Assembly (NCBI RefSeq): GCF_006345805.1
Contig: NC_043002.1
Coordinates: forward strand, 186,001 to 250,000
Length of the DNA: 64,000 nt
Source: Octopus sinensis
Lineage: Eukaryota
Direction: 5' to 3'
Positions 25,666 through 39,313 of this stretch are shown in pieces. Within the stretch, counting starts at the first letter, position 1. Every line of letters starts with the position of its first letter. Below the pieces are notes generated by a model. It made no database searches, was not told the origin of the DNA, and saw only the letters and a list, made by a program, of their open reading frames with translations. Made by a program: the position numbers and the translations under genes.

Positions 25666-25740
25666 CCTTGGGTCAGTATGTTTGATGTTCAGCTTCAACT
25701 TGGGTTCATTGATGAAAATAGTCAACTGCTATCAGCATGT
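25666..25740 (+). CDS. Candidate gene exon 6 (SLGSVCLMFSFNLGSLMKIVNCYQHV)
   Basis: Acceptor cctccttcccacag|, donor |gtaaga (or read-through to TAA at 25742-25744 if terminal); 75 nt; completes a putative transmembrane segment. Confidence 0.5.
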
Positions 25741-26449
25741 GTAAGAGTCAAATGCTTGTTTTGTTTTCCCTTTTGCTGATATTTCTCAGCATCCTTTTAC
25801 TGCTTGCCCACATCCTTTCATCCTGTTGTTTGTAGGAATACATCTGAGAAGTCAACAATTGATTTAAAAACTAATTATTTGTTCCATTAAGTTGATAACA
25901 CCTCTTACTCTAAGGTTTATTTTAGAAATAATTATTTTTCTTTACCGTATATTTTTGTAAGTCATTGGGTAACACAGTTTCAGACTACGTTACCTGCCTT
26001 TGTAGGTTTTAGTGGAATCTATTGTTTAAATTCTGAATTCAAATTAATAATAGCTTCATCAAAGGAAACTTTCATGTGTTCATTTTATGTACCATTATAA
26101 TTTATATCTCTCACACATTTCCTTAATTTGCAACATATTCTTTCACTCATGAAAATTTATCACACGATCACACAGTCTTTCGTCTCTAATCTTGTCTTTC
26201 TCCAAGTCCCGGAACCATTCCGCCTGCGTGTACTGACCCCCCCCCCCACTGGCTCATCTATCGGCCTTCACTCTCTCTTTAATTCCTAGCACATGGTGCC
26301 AGTTCGCCCTCGCACCCCTCCACCTGTACCGGAAGTCCCTATCTTGTCTTCCTTTGCTTGTCTCCCATGAACATCTCTAAAGGCCTTACGCCAACCCCAC
26401 CCCTACTATATAAGGTAATGATCATACAGTGCAAAACACGATAGTGTAC

Positions 26450-28620
26450 TGTAAGCAGGTTGAACTTAAGATCATTGCTTTGCTTATGAATTCTGCCAAA
26501 TGCAAGCTCTTTTTTCAGGTACATGACGCCACTGTCCCCTGCCCTGGACAGAAAGACCGATTCTATGACTCCCTCTTGCAGACTACCGCATTGACGAATG
26601 ACAGGGACCTTCTCTTCATGGCAGGTGACTTCAATGGACATGTTGGACAGCATGTTGGGGGCTTCCATGGCATATATGGAGGCTAGGGTTTTGGCTCTTG
26701 CAATGAGGAGGGAACCAGGCTGCTGGAGTTCTGTGACACAAATAAGCTTATGGTTTTCAACACTGTCTTCAGGAAACCTACAAGCCACCTAGTCACCTAC
26801 CGCTCTGGCAGACACACTAGTCAGATCGACTTCATCCTCACCAGAAAAAGGGAAAGATGGTTGCTTATAAATGCCAAAACCTTCCCAGGCGAAGAATGTA
26901 CCCCTCAACATAGATTAGTAGTTAGCAACTTCAGGATCAGGGCTAAATGGTTGCCCAGAAGAAGACCATCCTGGAGGAGAAGGGTCTGGAAACTTATAGA
27001 TCCTGCAAATGGGCAGAGATTTAGAAACGTATTGCTTGAAGCCTTTAATGAAATAGAAGGGGATATAGCTTCACATGGTATAGAAGACAACTGGAGGTAC
27101 CTACAGGGACAACCTGCTAAGGGCCACCGACCAGATCTGTGGCTGGTACAAAGTCCCCTCTCGACCCAAAATAACATGGTGGTGGAAAAATGTTGACAGG
27201 GCTATTAGACAAAAGAAACAGACTTGGAAGGACTAGAAGAACGGTGGTAGCAGGGAAGTGTATCAGATTGCCAGAAGGGAAGCTAGGAGGCAGGTTTATT
27301 TAGCCAGAGGAGAAGCAGATAAGAAAAAAATTTTGCCAATGTTCTGCGCTGAGAGGACAAAAGACTTGAGGTATTTTTGCGTTGCAAAGACAGTGAGTGA
27401 GAGAGAATCATTACGTGGTAGGAGAGAAATGTGTTCACATGGATGATGGGTCACTTGCGCTGAGTGAGGATGCAAAGAGAGAGGTTTGGAGACGCCACTA
27501 TGAAAGGTTGCTGAATAAAGAAAATGGATGGGAGAAAGAGAGTCTGCCGAATGTCGACCCAATAGAGGGACCAGCTATCTGAGTTGACAGTTGCTTGGTA
27601 GTCAAGGCAATTAGAAGCATGAAGACAGGAAGGCCCCAGGCCCATCAGGAATCACCGCAAAGATGCTCAAAATATCTGGCAGTGTCGGCTATAGCCTGGT
27701 CACCCATATAGTTAACCAGGTGATACACGAAGGAGTCATACCCAATGACTGGTGTAGCAGCATAAGTCAATTGCTACAAAGGTAAAGGTAACGCTTGAGA
27801 TACAATTAATTACAGAGGTATCAAGCTGTTGGATCAGGTAATGAAGGTTACGGAGAGGGTCATAGCCCAACTGATTAGGGAGAGAGTCAGTTGGATGACA
27901 TGCAGTTTGGTTTCGTGCCAGGGAAAAGCACCACTGATGCCATATTTCTGGTAAGACAGCTGCAGGAAAAATACCTAGCCAAAGATAAGCCCCTGTACCT
28001 GGCTTTCATTGACATGTAGAAAGCCTTTGACAGGGTCCCCTGATCCCTTATCTGGTGGTCAATGAGGAAACTAGGGATAGATGAATGGTTAGTGAGAGCT
28101 GTACAAGCCATGTACAGGGACGCTGTAAGTAAGGTGAGGATTGGAAACAAGTACACTGAAGAATTCAGGGTAGAGGTAGGGGTCCACCAAGGTTCAGTCC
28201 TCAGCCCCCTCCTATTTATCATAGCCCTCCAGGCAATAATGGAGGAATTCAAGACAGAATACCCCTGGGAGCTCCTCTATGCTGATGACCTTGCTCTAAT
28301 TACTGAGTCACTATCAGAACTAAAGAAGTTTCAGGTGTGGAAGCAAGGATTATAATCGAAGGGCCTTAGAGTCATCCTAGCTAAAACCTAAGTCCTAATA
28401 AGTAGGAAGGCAGACAAACCACAAATCCCTTCAGGTAGATGGCCCTGCTTGATCTGTAGAAAAGGCATAGGTGATGTACCCAGTGTAAGCTATGGACACA
28501 TAAGAGGTGCAGCAATATCAAAGGAAGGCTAACTGGGAAGAGAGTTTTTGTATGTGGCAGATGCTCAGGAGCAACAAACACTGAAAATGTGCAGAGACCA
28601 ACTTCCACCACATTTCGTCC
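26450..28620 (+). mobile_element. Degenerate RTE LINE (endonuclease + RT)
   Basis: AGDFNGHVG (26429-26686), SQIDFIL (26750-27196), QFGFVPGKSTTDAIF region, VGVHQGSVLSPLLF and ELLYADD (28062-28355); many stops. Confidence 0.88.
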
Positions 28621-29503
28621 TTTTGGGGGTCGATAAATTAAGTATCAGTTTTGTACAGGGGTCAATCTGATCAACTGGCCCCCTCCCTAACAATTGTTCC
28701 TAGAGTACGAAAGAATATTTCTATAGTGATAAAATACTAGCAGGTTTAACTGTTCCTCTGAACAACAAATAGCATCAAAAATCTCCCATGACAGTTGCTG
28801 CTCAAAATCCATCCATATCGTTAGTGCTATGGACCTTTCCTAAGAAATTAATAAACTTTCCTGCATATACACTCCTCATCTGCTAATCCTCATCATCGTT
28901 TAACATTCACTTTCCATGCTGGCATGGGTTGGACAATTTGACTGGGGATTGGCAAGCCAGGAGGCCACACCAGGCTTCCACCTGATCTGGCAATGTTTCT
29001 ACAGCTGGGTGCCCTTCCTAACACCAGCCACCCCAAGAGTGTAGTGGATGCTTTTTACGTGCCACCGGCACAAGAGCCATTCAGGCGGCACTGGTATCAG
29101 CCATGTTTGTATGGTGCTTTTTACATGCCACCAGCACAGGTGCCACTAGCAATGGCCCATGCATGCATGGTGTTTATTGCGTGCCATCAGCATGGGAGCC
29201 AGTCAGGTGGAACTGGCATTGGCCACAACTACAATTTCCATTTGATTGGATTCTGATTTAAACTTGACTCAATGAGTCCCCTCAATCATGGCGTGTTGCC
29301 CAATGATTCAAAGGTACTTTTTAACTCCTCTGATTTACTTTCTTAATCTTCACTATTTACATTCCCTTCTTCAAATCTCATTTGTACATAACCAGGCAGC
29401 TCTTTGTAATTATAGTAACTCCCAGTGGGATATACCCTAACCTCTTAATCTTAAAGGTCACAATGGCAACATATCACATAGCACTCTCTCTTTTTACTAT
29501 TAG

Positions 29504-29693
29504 CGTGACATTAAAGGCAGTTGACTTAGTTGAAGTCAAGGAGGTACCTGAATTTGAGATAATTTCTAATGAAGATGTGTATTTTCACCTAAAGAAGTTT
29601 TAATGATGTGTGTAAATCTTTTTGTCATGAAAGATTTTATAGAGCTGGTCTCTGCTGAGCAGCTCTCATGAGAAGACCCCAAAGTTAGAAAAA
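29504..29693 (+). CDS. Possible exons 7 (29504-29543, VTLKAVDLVEVKE) and 8 (29643-29693, SWSLLSSSHEKTPKLEK)
   Basis: Polypyrimidine acceptor and GT donors, phases 2 to 0 and 0 to 0 compatible with exon 6, 99-bp intron; short, so could be chance. Confidence 0.25.
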
Positions 29694-30199
29694 GTAATTT
29701 TTCTGCTATTTACAATAAATATTCTGTATCATGCTCACAAAAATTTATTGCACAAATGGTTAGGATTTAAAAAAAAACCTGTTATTTACTCTCAGGTCCC
29801 AAATAATGGCGGGGCTAAGTGGGGGAGTTGGACTTTTGCTTAAATTCATATAAGCAGGTGGGTTGGAACAAACGGGGGTGGGTGGGAATCAGTAACTATG
29901 TATGAAAATTAGGGGAAAAGGCATCTTAAAGCACATATAACACAACAAGGCAAAAGAAAGTAACAAGATGCAAGTGAAATTAGCACATACTTGTGCTTCA
30001 AACGTTCACTTTAGTTAAGATATATGTTTGGATTATAAAAATAAGACATTTGTTAATTATGGTAATTATAGGATTAAGTGCTGTGGACTAAACAGATATT
30101 GATACAAGCAACATGTCTTAAAAAGAAAAAAAAGACAATGAAAAGAGTATAATTATGTTTCATGAACTTGCAGTATTTATTATACATAATAAAATATAA

Positions 30200-32630
30200 C
30201 ACTCCATAAGTAAGCAATAGACTCCTGATCTTTGTCTCTGTCCTTCTGTAGGTTTCTTGGTTTTGATATTCACTTCTTTACGGATCACCAAGCTTCGCTG
30301 ACTGTTGACATGAGTTTGCTTTGATATGCCGAGAAAAGTGTAGAGGTCTTGTTTTCATCCAACACTTGTATTTTTTGGAGGAAGGGGGCATCTTTATTAA
30401 CATGATGGTCACTTCTGATTCCTTACAAAAGAGAGCTTCCTGTTATCATGTTTGGCTCCTGTGAAACCACCATGGGGATTTCTCCAGATGAGTCGATCAC
30501 CTCCAAAAGATTCCCAGATGGTTTGCTTTCATCTTCTGACTCACTTTCAGCAGCTTCTTCCTCAGTGCCATCACCATCAAACAGTTCTGAACCTTCAATA
30601 TTATTTGCATGCTTGACCCCTTTCAGTGGAATTAAATTCTTAATGACTCCCTCAATAGTGTTCGGGCAGGGTTTTGACATCCTCTCTGGACGAAACTCTT
30701 GCATTGATGGAACAACGAGGTGCATGATTTGGTTTGACACCTTATAATCTTCAGAGCCATCGAAAGCATTTGTGGCCCATGTTGACTCAAAAGTAACTTT
30801 GACATCAATCTTGCAATCTGCATATGCTTTATGTAGCCTCTGCATCATCTCTGATTGATTTGGTGTCGGTATTTTATTTGGAGTTTGATCTAACTTTTCT
30901 AGCAACTCTGCTTCCTCTATTTCACAATATTTTGCTTTCAGTTGTTTGTGTGAGTGCATGTCGTAAACTTGAACAAACCCAGTGATATCACTGCCACTCA
31001 TGACTAGCACATAACCCCTTTTCCAGTGGGCGTCTCTCATCCCCGGCATCAAATGCACCATGTAATTATCAAGCACATAAATGGCAAGGTTTGCATGTGA
31101 AAACCTATTGAATCAGTTTGGAAGGGTTTCAATAGTACAGAGCAGCTGTTCTAATGCATACGAACCTTTGAATGACCTTTGATATTGGTCTTGAAAACAA
31201 GACATTTATACTACAGAACCAGAGCCGGGTTGGTAACGAAAAGGTTAAATACAAACTCTGGGAGTGGTTGGCGTTAGGAAGGTCATCCAGCTGTAGAAAC
31301 ATTGCCAGATTAGACTGGAGCCTGGTGCAGCCTTCTGACTTCCCAGAACCCCGGTCGAACCGTCCAACCCATGCTAGCATGGAGAACGGACGTTAAACGA
31401 TGATGATGATGATGGATAAGATTGATTTTGGTATCATTGCTAACCTGGGTGAACATTGTGATCAATGGTGGTTTTCTTTGATGAATGTATCTTGATTTCT
31501 GGATGATAAGGTAGCTTCTCTCATTCCGGTGCAAGGACATTTTATCTCCATTGGAAATAACAATGCACACTCCATATGTTCTTCAAATAATCCTGAATAC
31601 ACTCAACATATTGCTCTTTGGAGATTAAAATGCATTTGTTTGGACATTTCAGTGATAGCCCATACTCTTTTTGCCAGTATTTCATCGAATTATTTTGAAA
31701 AACAAAGCTTTTCTTTAGTTGGTGTGTCTGGATGTTGGCAAATCCACTTCTCATAAAATTTCTCAGCCTGTAATAGGAAAAGAGTCTGTGGTCATCTCGC
31801 ATGCAGTGATGTTCTAACATCCACAAAGCATCCAAACAAGGTGTCTCTCATGCCTGGTGCTTTTATGATCATCTCCAGCTACACTAAAATGTCTCTTTGG
31901 ATTTTTTTCAGCGCTGTTAAGTTTGCCTTTCAAATATTTTTCATAGAAGCATTTGGCTACTTTAACAGCAGAATCTAATAGTCAGAGTTTTTGACATCAG
32001 CCAAATTCAAGTAAAACAAACAAACAACTTTGGCAAGATATCCCTGTTTCAGAGTGTCTAGGGTATGGCGTTTCCTTTTAGCCTCCCAATGAGTTTTCCC
32101 TTTCATATTCCTCTTTGCATTTGTTCACCACAATGGCAAGTGCTTGCTTTACTTCTATAGAATCATTGCCATATGTTGCACCATGAAATACTCCTTCCTC
32201 TGCCAGGATGTTCTGAAAAATGTTCAAAGAGAAATTACTTGAGTCCTGTTGATGTTAAATCTTTATTCTGTAAAAAGCTTGTCCTGTAAGGATAAGCAGT
32301 TTGTCATTGAAGTTCTTAGTTTCTATGGAATTTGTGTTGGTGATTGGCAGAGAAATTGAAAATGAAGATTTGTTGACTACAGTGTGGAGTAGCAGTAACC
32401 TCATGTTACAGACTGGGGAAGGTGTCCAGCCTCAAGTTTGTATAAACTCTGGCTGGTTGCAAAGTATGTTTTCTGTCAGCAATTTCCTTGTTTTCTCTGT
32501 CTTGAAGCAGGTGAGTTGTGTCTTGAAATGATTGATCTTCTTAAGGTTGTGGCTTATCAATGTCCTAATATGTTGAAGGCTCACCTGCATGGACGTTGTG
32601 GATAAATAGTTTTCCTCATGTGTTATGAAA
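30200..32630 (-). mobile_element. pogo-superfamily (DD35D, POGK/Passer-like) transposase relic
   Basis: ORF 30423-31076 has LDNY...TGFVQVYD with 35 residues between the Asps, plus NAFDGSED; the first Asp is in SNGDKM (31310-31570); a frameshifted CENP-B-like HTH region lies upstream; interrupted by a repeat at ~31190-31414. Confidence 0.75.
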
Positions 32631-32637
32631 ACAAATA

Positions 32638-33009
32638 GGCGCAGGAGTGGCTGTGTGGTAAGTAGCTTGCTAACCAACCATATGGTTCCGGGTTCAGTCC
32701 CACTGCGTGGCATCTTGGGCAAGTGTCTTCTGCTATAGCCCCGGGCCGACCAATGCCTTGTGAGTGGATTTGGTAGACGGAAACTGAAAGAAGCCTGTCG
32801 TATATATGTATATATATATGTGTTTGTCCCCCTAGCATTGCTTGACAATCGATGCTGGTGTGTTTACGTCCCCGTCACTTAGCGGTTCGGCAAAAAGAGA
32901 CCGATAGAATAAGTACTGGGCTTACAAAGAATAAGTCCCGGGGTCGATTTGCTCGACTAAAGGTGGTGCTCCGGCATGGCCGCAGTCAAATGACTGAAAC
33001 AAGTAAAAG
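32638..33009 (+). mobile_element. tRNA-derived SINE (full-length)
   Basis: Same family head, centre and tail as 16575-16950. Confidence 0.9.
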
Positions 33010-33523
33010 CGTAAAGAGAGAGAGAACATTCCAGGTTTTCTTCCCGTTCTTGTCATCTGTTTCTTTGTCATGCTGATTCACAATTTGTATCAGTCAAAAT
33101 AATAATGAATTCCCCAGAGTTTGTTGGTTTTTACTAGTTATGGAGTCAGTTTAATTGACTTTCCCTTTAAATTGCTGGCCTTGTATCTACTAAGTATCAG
33201 GCAACATGCCTTGCAGCATAGAGTTATGGCCCACTGAGATTAGCTTTACCTTTCATCCCTATGGGGTCAATAAAATAAAGTACCATTAATGTACTGGGGC
33301 CACTTTAATCCACTTGCCCCCCTCCCCCAATTGTTGGCCTTGTGCCCAAATGAGAAATCATTATTTAAAATTTTCTAGGCTGTCAACCTTGAATTTTTTT
33401 AAAGCCAAAATTATTTATTTACTTTATATAACCTATTTATTTTTATAACATATGGTATTACTTGTGGGTTTTTTTCATATATATATATACACACACATAT
33501 ACATATATATATATATATGTACA

Positions 33524-33573
<50 letters not shown>

Positions 33574-33584
33574 CATATATATCA

Positions 33585-33684
33585 NNNNNNNNNNNNNNNN
33601 NNNNNNNNNNNNNNNNNNNNNNNNNNNNNNNNNNNNNNNNNNNNNNNNNNNNNNNNNNNNNNNNNNNNNNNNNNNNNNNNNNNN
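33585..33684. other. Assembly gap (100 N)
   Basis: Exactly 100 Ns between (TA)n and (TG)n microsatellites; true size unknown. Confidence 0.99.
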
Positions 33685-35309
33685 TGTGTGTGTGTGTTGT
33701 GTGCGGTGTTGGTGTGGCGTTGTGTGTGTGCTTGTGTGTGTGTGTGTGTGTGTGTGGTGTTTGTCTTGAGTGTATTTTAAAATCTTCCGATTATCGATGA
33801 CGTGAATATACATTTTCATTTCGTTTGCTTGGAAAGTTAGATTGTATCTAGACAGATTGGAAAGCTAAGTTTCTGTTGACAGGATACCTGAATTTTCTGT
33901 ATCTTTTGCTGACCACCCCACTCACGCCATTTATTCATCAGTACTTAAGGCCTTCTTCTCTCTCTCTGTCTACCTCCTCTCTCTGTCTGTCTGTCTGTCT
34001 GTCTGTCGTTCTGTATTAACTCACTATATAACATATAGTTTCTCTCTCTCTCTCAATATAAACTATTCTTCCCTATTATTACCCGTTGCTAAGCAACTCA
34101 GGAAAAGGTGGTGCGCGTGTGACTGTATTTTCAATTGTGTGTGTGTTGTGCGTGTGTGCGTGTGTGTGTGTGTGTGTGGTGGTGTGCGTGTTGTGCGTGT
34201 GTGTGTGTGTGTGTGTGTTGGGTGTGGGTGTGTGTGTGTCTGCGGTATTTTTAAAATCTTCCGATTATCGCTGACTTGAAATATACATTTCATTTCGTTT
34301 GCCATGTAAAGTAGGATTGTATCTGAGACAGAATTGGAAATGCAAAAGTTTCTGTTGACAGGATACCTGAATTTTCTGTATCTTTTGCTGACCCACCCCA
34401 CTCACGCCATTTATTTCATCAGTACTTAAGGCCTTCTTCTCTCTTCTGTCTACTCTCTCTCTCTGTCTGTCTGTCTGTATTTAACTCACTATATAACATA
34501 TAGGTTCTCTCTCTCTCTCAAATAAAACTACTTCCTATTATACCCGTTGCTAAGCAACTCAGGAAAAGGTGTGTGCGTGTGTGATTGTGTTTTCAATTGT
34601 GTGTGTGTATGTGTGCGTTTGTGCCTTTCGACACCAGTGCGTGCGTGCGCAACGATACACACACAAACCTCCACAACATAAACGACACAAATTGAAAAAC
34701 ACAGTTACACACTCAAACACTCGCACACAGAAACGAAAATACACACGCACACTCACACTCACACACGCACACATACATACAGGACATAACACCACACACA
34801 CACCACACAAAAATGAAAATACTCAGTTACACACTCACACGCACACACACACGCACACACTAGAGCGCGCACACACACACACACGCAGACAAGCAATGAA
34901 CTGGAAACGCGCGCACGCAGACACAGAAAGGAAAACACACATATGTGTGTGTGTGTGTGGTGTGTGTATGTATGAATAGATTTTGTAGATGGAAACTGAA
35001 AGAAGCCCATCGTATATAAATGTATACATATATGTGTGTGTGGAGTGTTTGTGTCTGTTTGTCCCCTTCAACATCGCTTGACAACCGATGCTGGGGTGTT
35101 TACATCCCGTCAATTAGCCGCTTGGTAGAAACGCTAGGCTTGAAAAGAATAAGTCTTGGGATCGATTTGCTCGACTAAAGGCGGATGCTCCAGCATGGCC
35201 ACAGTCAGATGACTGAAACAAGGAAAATAAACATATATATATATATATGTATATGTTTATGTATATATATGTATATGTTTACGAATATATATATATGTAT
35301 ATATATATA

Positions 35310-35470
35310 GGCGCAGGAGTGGCTGTGTGGTAAGTAGCTTGCTAACCAACCACTTGGCTCCGGGTTCAGTCCCACTGCGTGGCATCTTTGGCAAGTGTTT
35401 TCTGCTATAGCCCGGGCCGACCAATGCCTGTGAGTGGATTTGGTGGACGGAAACTGAAAGAAGCCTGTCG
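35310..35470 (+). mobile_element. SINE 5' half (3' half resumes at ~43380-43600 after the Helitron)
   Basis: The head ends at aagaagcctgtcgtatata; tctgtgtttgtccccctagc.. continues after 43341. Confidence 0.8.
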
Positions 35471-35507
35471 TATATATGTGTATATATATATATATATTAT
35501 ATATATA

Positions 35508-35569
<62 letters not shown>

Positions 35570-38500
35570 GGCAGTTTGTCTGTGCGTGTTTCTGTGTGTC
35601 TGTTTTCTCGTACCCTCACTCTGACCACGGCTTTCAACCGATTCTGATGAAACTTGACACACACATAGCCCAATGTCATAATTCAAAACTAACGCAGCGA
35701 AAATTTTGAAAAGTTCCCCCAGTTCTGAAAAAAATTGATAAATTCGACATGGGGTCGAGAATCAGAAACACGAACCACAGACTATCTAGGGGACGCAACT
35801 CGAGAATCTAAGCTTTTTTTATGCAACGCATTATCTATGGTAGTTTTCACAACTTGCAATCGATTTTCACCAAACTCATGGTGAAGCTTAATGTTACCCT
35901 AAGAAACTCAATTCTGAAGTTAGTTTTCCATGCAATACCTTACCATCAGAAACAGTCGATAAAATCATGCCATTTTGGGAAATCGCGTTCAAATTCAAGA
36001 TGACATATTTTCGACAATATCTTTCACAAATTGGCAGGAATTTTTTTTTTTTTTTCACAACGAGCATCATGTCTGCTCCAAGGAGCTATATAGCCCTTTT
36101 TATTCCAATAGGATACATTATTGGAAAAAATCGGTTAATTTAATCATATGTGGCACACATAGCAAACAAATTTGTGTATTAAACACAAACCAGACTGCCT
36201 AGGGGACGCAACTTGACCTTTTTAGCTATCGATAATTCGATCCAACCAATTCCTACCAGGAAGAAATTACATTCGAGACTTTACCCCCAACACCGCCACT
36301 TCTGCTAATAGCTGCTGCAGCCGCAAGTTATTCGAATACTTTTTTTGTTTAAACTTTCTTTATAACTACCACCCCAAACGTTTTACCTTCAATTTTTGAC
36401 GTACCCTAACGGTCCTCGGACGCTACTTGCAAACTCTTGGTTTATTATAAACCACTTTTGTCGTGTGCATCAAAAAAACTTTTCCTTTCGTTTGTTCAGT
36501 TTGATCACTTTTGACTTTTTCGTTGTTGTCACTCAAATTGCTGCCCGCTTTTTGGCCGTTTTGTACATTTTTATACATTTTCGGATACTTACCCCACGAG
36601 CTCCTTTTTATTACACCTTTACCAAACACATTGCTATCCACCAAAATACTTACCCCACGTGTTCCTTTTTATTACACCTTTGCCAAACACATTGCTATCC
36701 ACCAAAATGCCACCCAAGAAGAGAAGGACCCTCCTCAGCCCTCGGACGGCCAAGGCATCGGCTGCTAGGGCTAGAAGGGCACGCGAGACCCACGAGGAAA
36801 CCGCCTTGCGCTTCTCGCAAACAGCTTCCCGTTATGCCGCTGCTCAGGCATCTGAAACTACTAGCGACCGTTCTACCCGACTTGCAAGGGTCGCAGCGTA
36901 CAGATCTTCCCTCCGCTCGAGGTTGACGAAAGAGCAACAGTCCAGCCAAAACATGCGGGCTTCTTACTGTGCTTCCATCCGCAGAGCTCGCGAGAACCCC
37001 GAACAAAGGGCCATTCGGAATGCGGCTAACGCCACTAGCACCGCCAGGACACGATCTGTCGAAACCTCACAGCAGAGGAGAACTCGCCAAGATGCTGACG
37101 CCGCAAACAAAGCCATAGCCCAAGCTGCCGAAACACCTCAACAGAGGAGAGCTCGCCAAGCTGCTAACGCCGCAAACACAGCCAGGGCTCGATCTGCCGA
37201 AACTCCACACCAACGAAATATTCGGACATCCAGACAGGCCATTAACACTGCTTCTGCTAGGGCTTCAGAGGGTGCTGAGGCGAGAGCTGAAAGGCTTTCA
37301 AGGGATGCCACTGCTACCGCTGTCGCACGTGCATCTGAATCTGCTGAGGCACGGTGCACTCGACTTGAGAGTATCAACAAACGTCGGGATATCATTCTTG
37401 GTGTACGTACCCCTTCCCCCGCTTTCTGGTTGTCACTAGCATTCAACTACGACGCCACAATTAACTTCTCCTTGCGTGACGACATCAAGATAGGGTCAAT
37501 GAGAATTGTATGCCAGTTTTGCAAAGCCAAGAAATGGCCCGGAGAGCCACCTGGTTTGTGCTGCTCTGGTGGCAAAGTGGACCTGCCACCCCTACGGGAA
37601 CCACCTCAACCACTGAAGGATCTCGCGGCGGGTTTAACCCCCGAATCGTCACAATTCCTTGAAATAATTCGAAAGTACAACTGCTCATTCCAAATGACCT
37701 CTTTCGGGGCCAAAATTCCTCCCAGAGAAGGCTGGATGCCTACTTTCAAAGTGCAGGGACAGGTCTACCATCTTATTGGGTCACTTCTGCCAGACGAGAT
37801 TCAGCAGTCTTCTTTCCTCCAAATATACTTCATTGCCGACTACAACCACCAGGTTGATGCACGCCTTGGAATAATACCGGGTACAAGCTATGTTCCCCGC
37901 AAAGACATTCTTCTCCGTCTCCAAACCATGCTTCATGATATCAACAGCTACGTCTGCAGCTTCAGATATGTCTTGGACAGTGCTCCATCTCCAAACTTCA
38001 CCGTTGTCATTGATGCTGATAAACGACCCCACGGGGAGCACGAACGCCGTTTCAACGCACCTGCGTGCAACGAAATTGCCGCAGTCATACACGGAGAGCG
38101 ACACAACAGCCGTGACATAATCATCTCCTCCCGTGGTAACAACCTACACAGGATCAGCGAGACTCACAGATCTTATGACGCGCTTCAGTATCCATTGCTT
38201 TTCCCTTATGGGGAAGACGGCTACCACTTCGGAATTCCTTTACGGCAGCCCTCCAATCAAACTACTGCGGCATCAAAGACGGTTTCCTGCAGGGCGTTCT
38301 ACTCATATCGGTTCATGGTCAGGGAGGGTGAGTTCAGCTTATTGCCCCGTTGTCGTCAGCTATTCAACCAGTTCGCCGTCGACATGGCCGCAAAAATGGA
38401 ATCGGAAAGGCTGCTATACATTAAACTTAATCAGACCAAACTTCGCTCCGACTCCTACATTCATCTCCGTGACGGTTTGCAACAAGAAAATGACCCTCGC

Positions 38501-39313
38501 AACATCGGCAAGCCATGCATTCTACCCTCCACCTTCACGGGAGGACCGCGATATATGCGTGAAAGGACCCAAGACGCCTTGACCTACGTGCGCATTTACG
38601 GCCGGCCGGACCTCTTTATCACCTACACGTGCAATCCCAGCTGCGACGAAATCACTCGCGAACTCCTCCCGGGTCAATCTCACACCCATCGACACGACAT
38701 CGTTGCTAGGGTTTTCCGTCTGAATTTGGGCAAAATTAAGGATTTGATAGTTAAGGGTCAGATTTTCGGGCATGTCAGGTGCCACGTTTTCGGTCGAGTG
38801 GCAAAAGAGGGGCTTGCCACATGCTCACGTCTTAATTTGGCTCACTCATAAAATCGAGACTAATGACATTGACAAATTCATTTCCGCCGAGATTCCTGAC
38901 CCCGATGAGGACCCCGGACTCTACGAAATTGTCCGCACTACCATGGTACACGGGCCCTGTGGACCAAATTACGCCAACACACCATGCTACAAAAACGGAT
39001 TAGCCTGCTCAAAGGGATTCCCTAAACGGTTCACTTTGGAGACTCAAACAGGCGGCGATGGGTATCCGCTGTACAAACGAAGGAGTCGAGCCAATGGAGG
39101 CCGCACGATTACGGTTGGGCGACATCAAGTGGACAACAGCTACATTGTCCCCTACTGTCCTCTCCTGTCGAAGATATTCAAAGCCCACGTCAACGTTGAG
39201 TTCTGCAGCTCCATCAGGTCAATACAATATGTCTGCAAATATATCAACAAAGGCAGCGATGTTGCCATGTTCAGCATCCAGAGGACCACCAGTCGCGACG
39301 AAGTGTCCAACTA

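Noticed and set aside
23728-25725. 665-aa and 391-aa minus-strand ORFs; CRISPR-like 32-bp unit
   Set aside because: The consensus unit has no stop on the minus strand, so long ORFs arise automatically. There are no spacers and no cas genes, and the context is eukaryotic.
10803-25744. Calling the candidate gene cystinosin (CTNS), SLC10A3 or CNNM
   Set aside because: Only loose ectodomain resemblance; diagnostic motifs (GWxYFxAWSxSFYPQ; MGC; SGLNLGLM) are absent.
30252-30325. Possible terminal exon (FLGFDIHFFTDHQ...)
   Set aside because: It lies in the minus-strand pogo coding remnant, and its phase does not match the upstream candidate exon.
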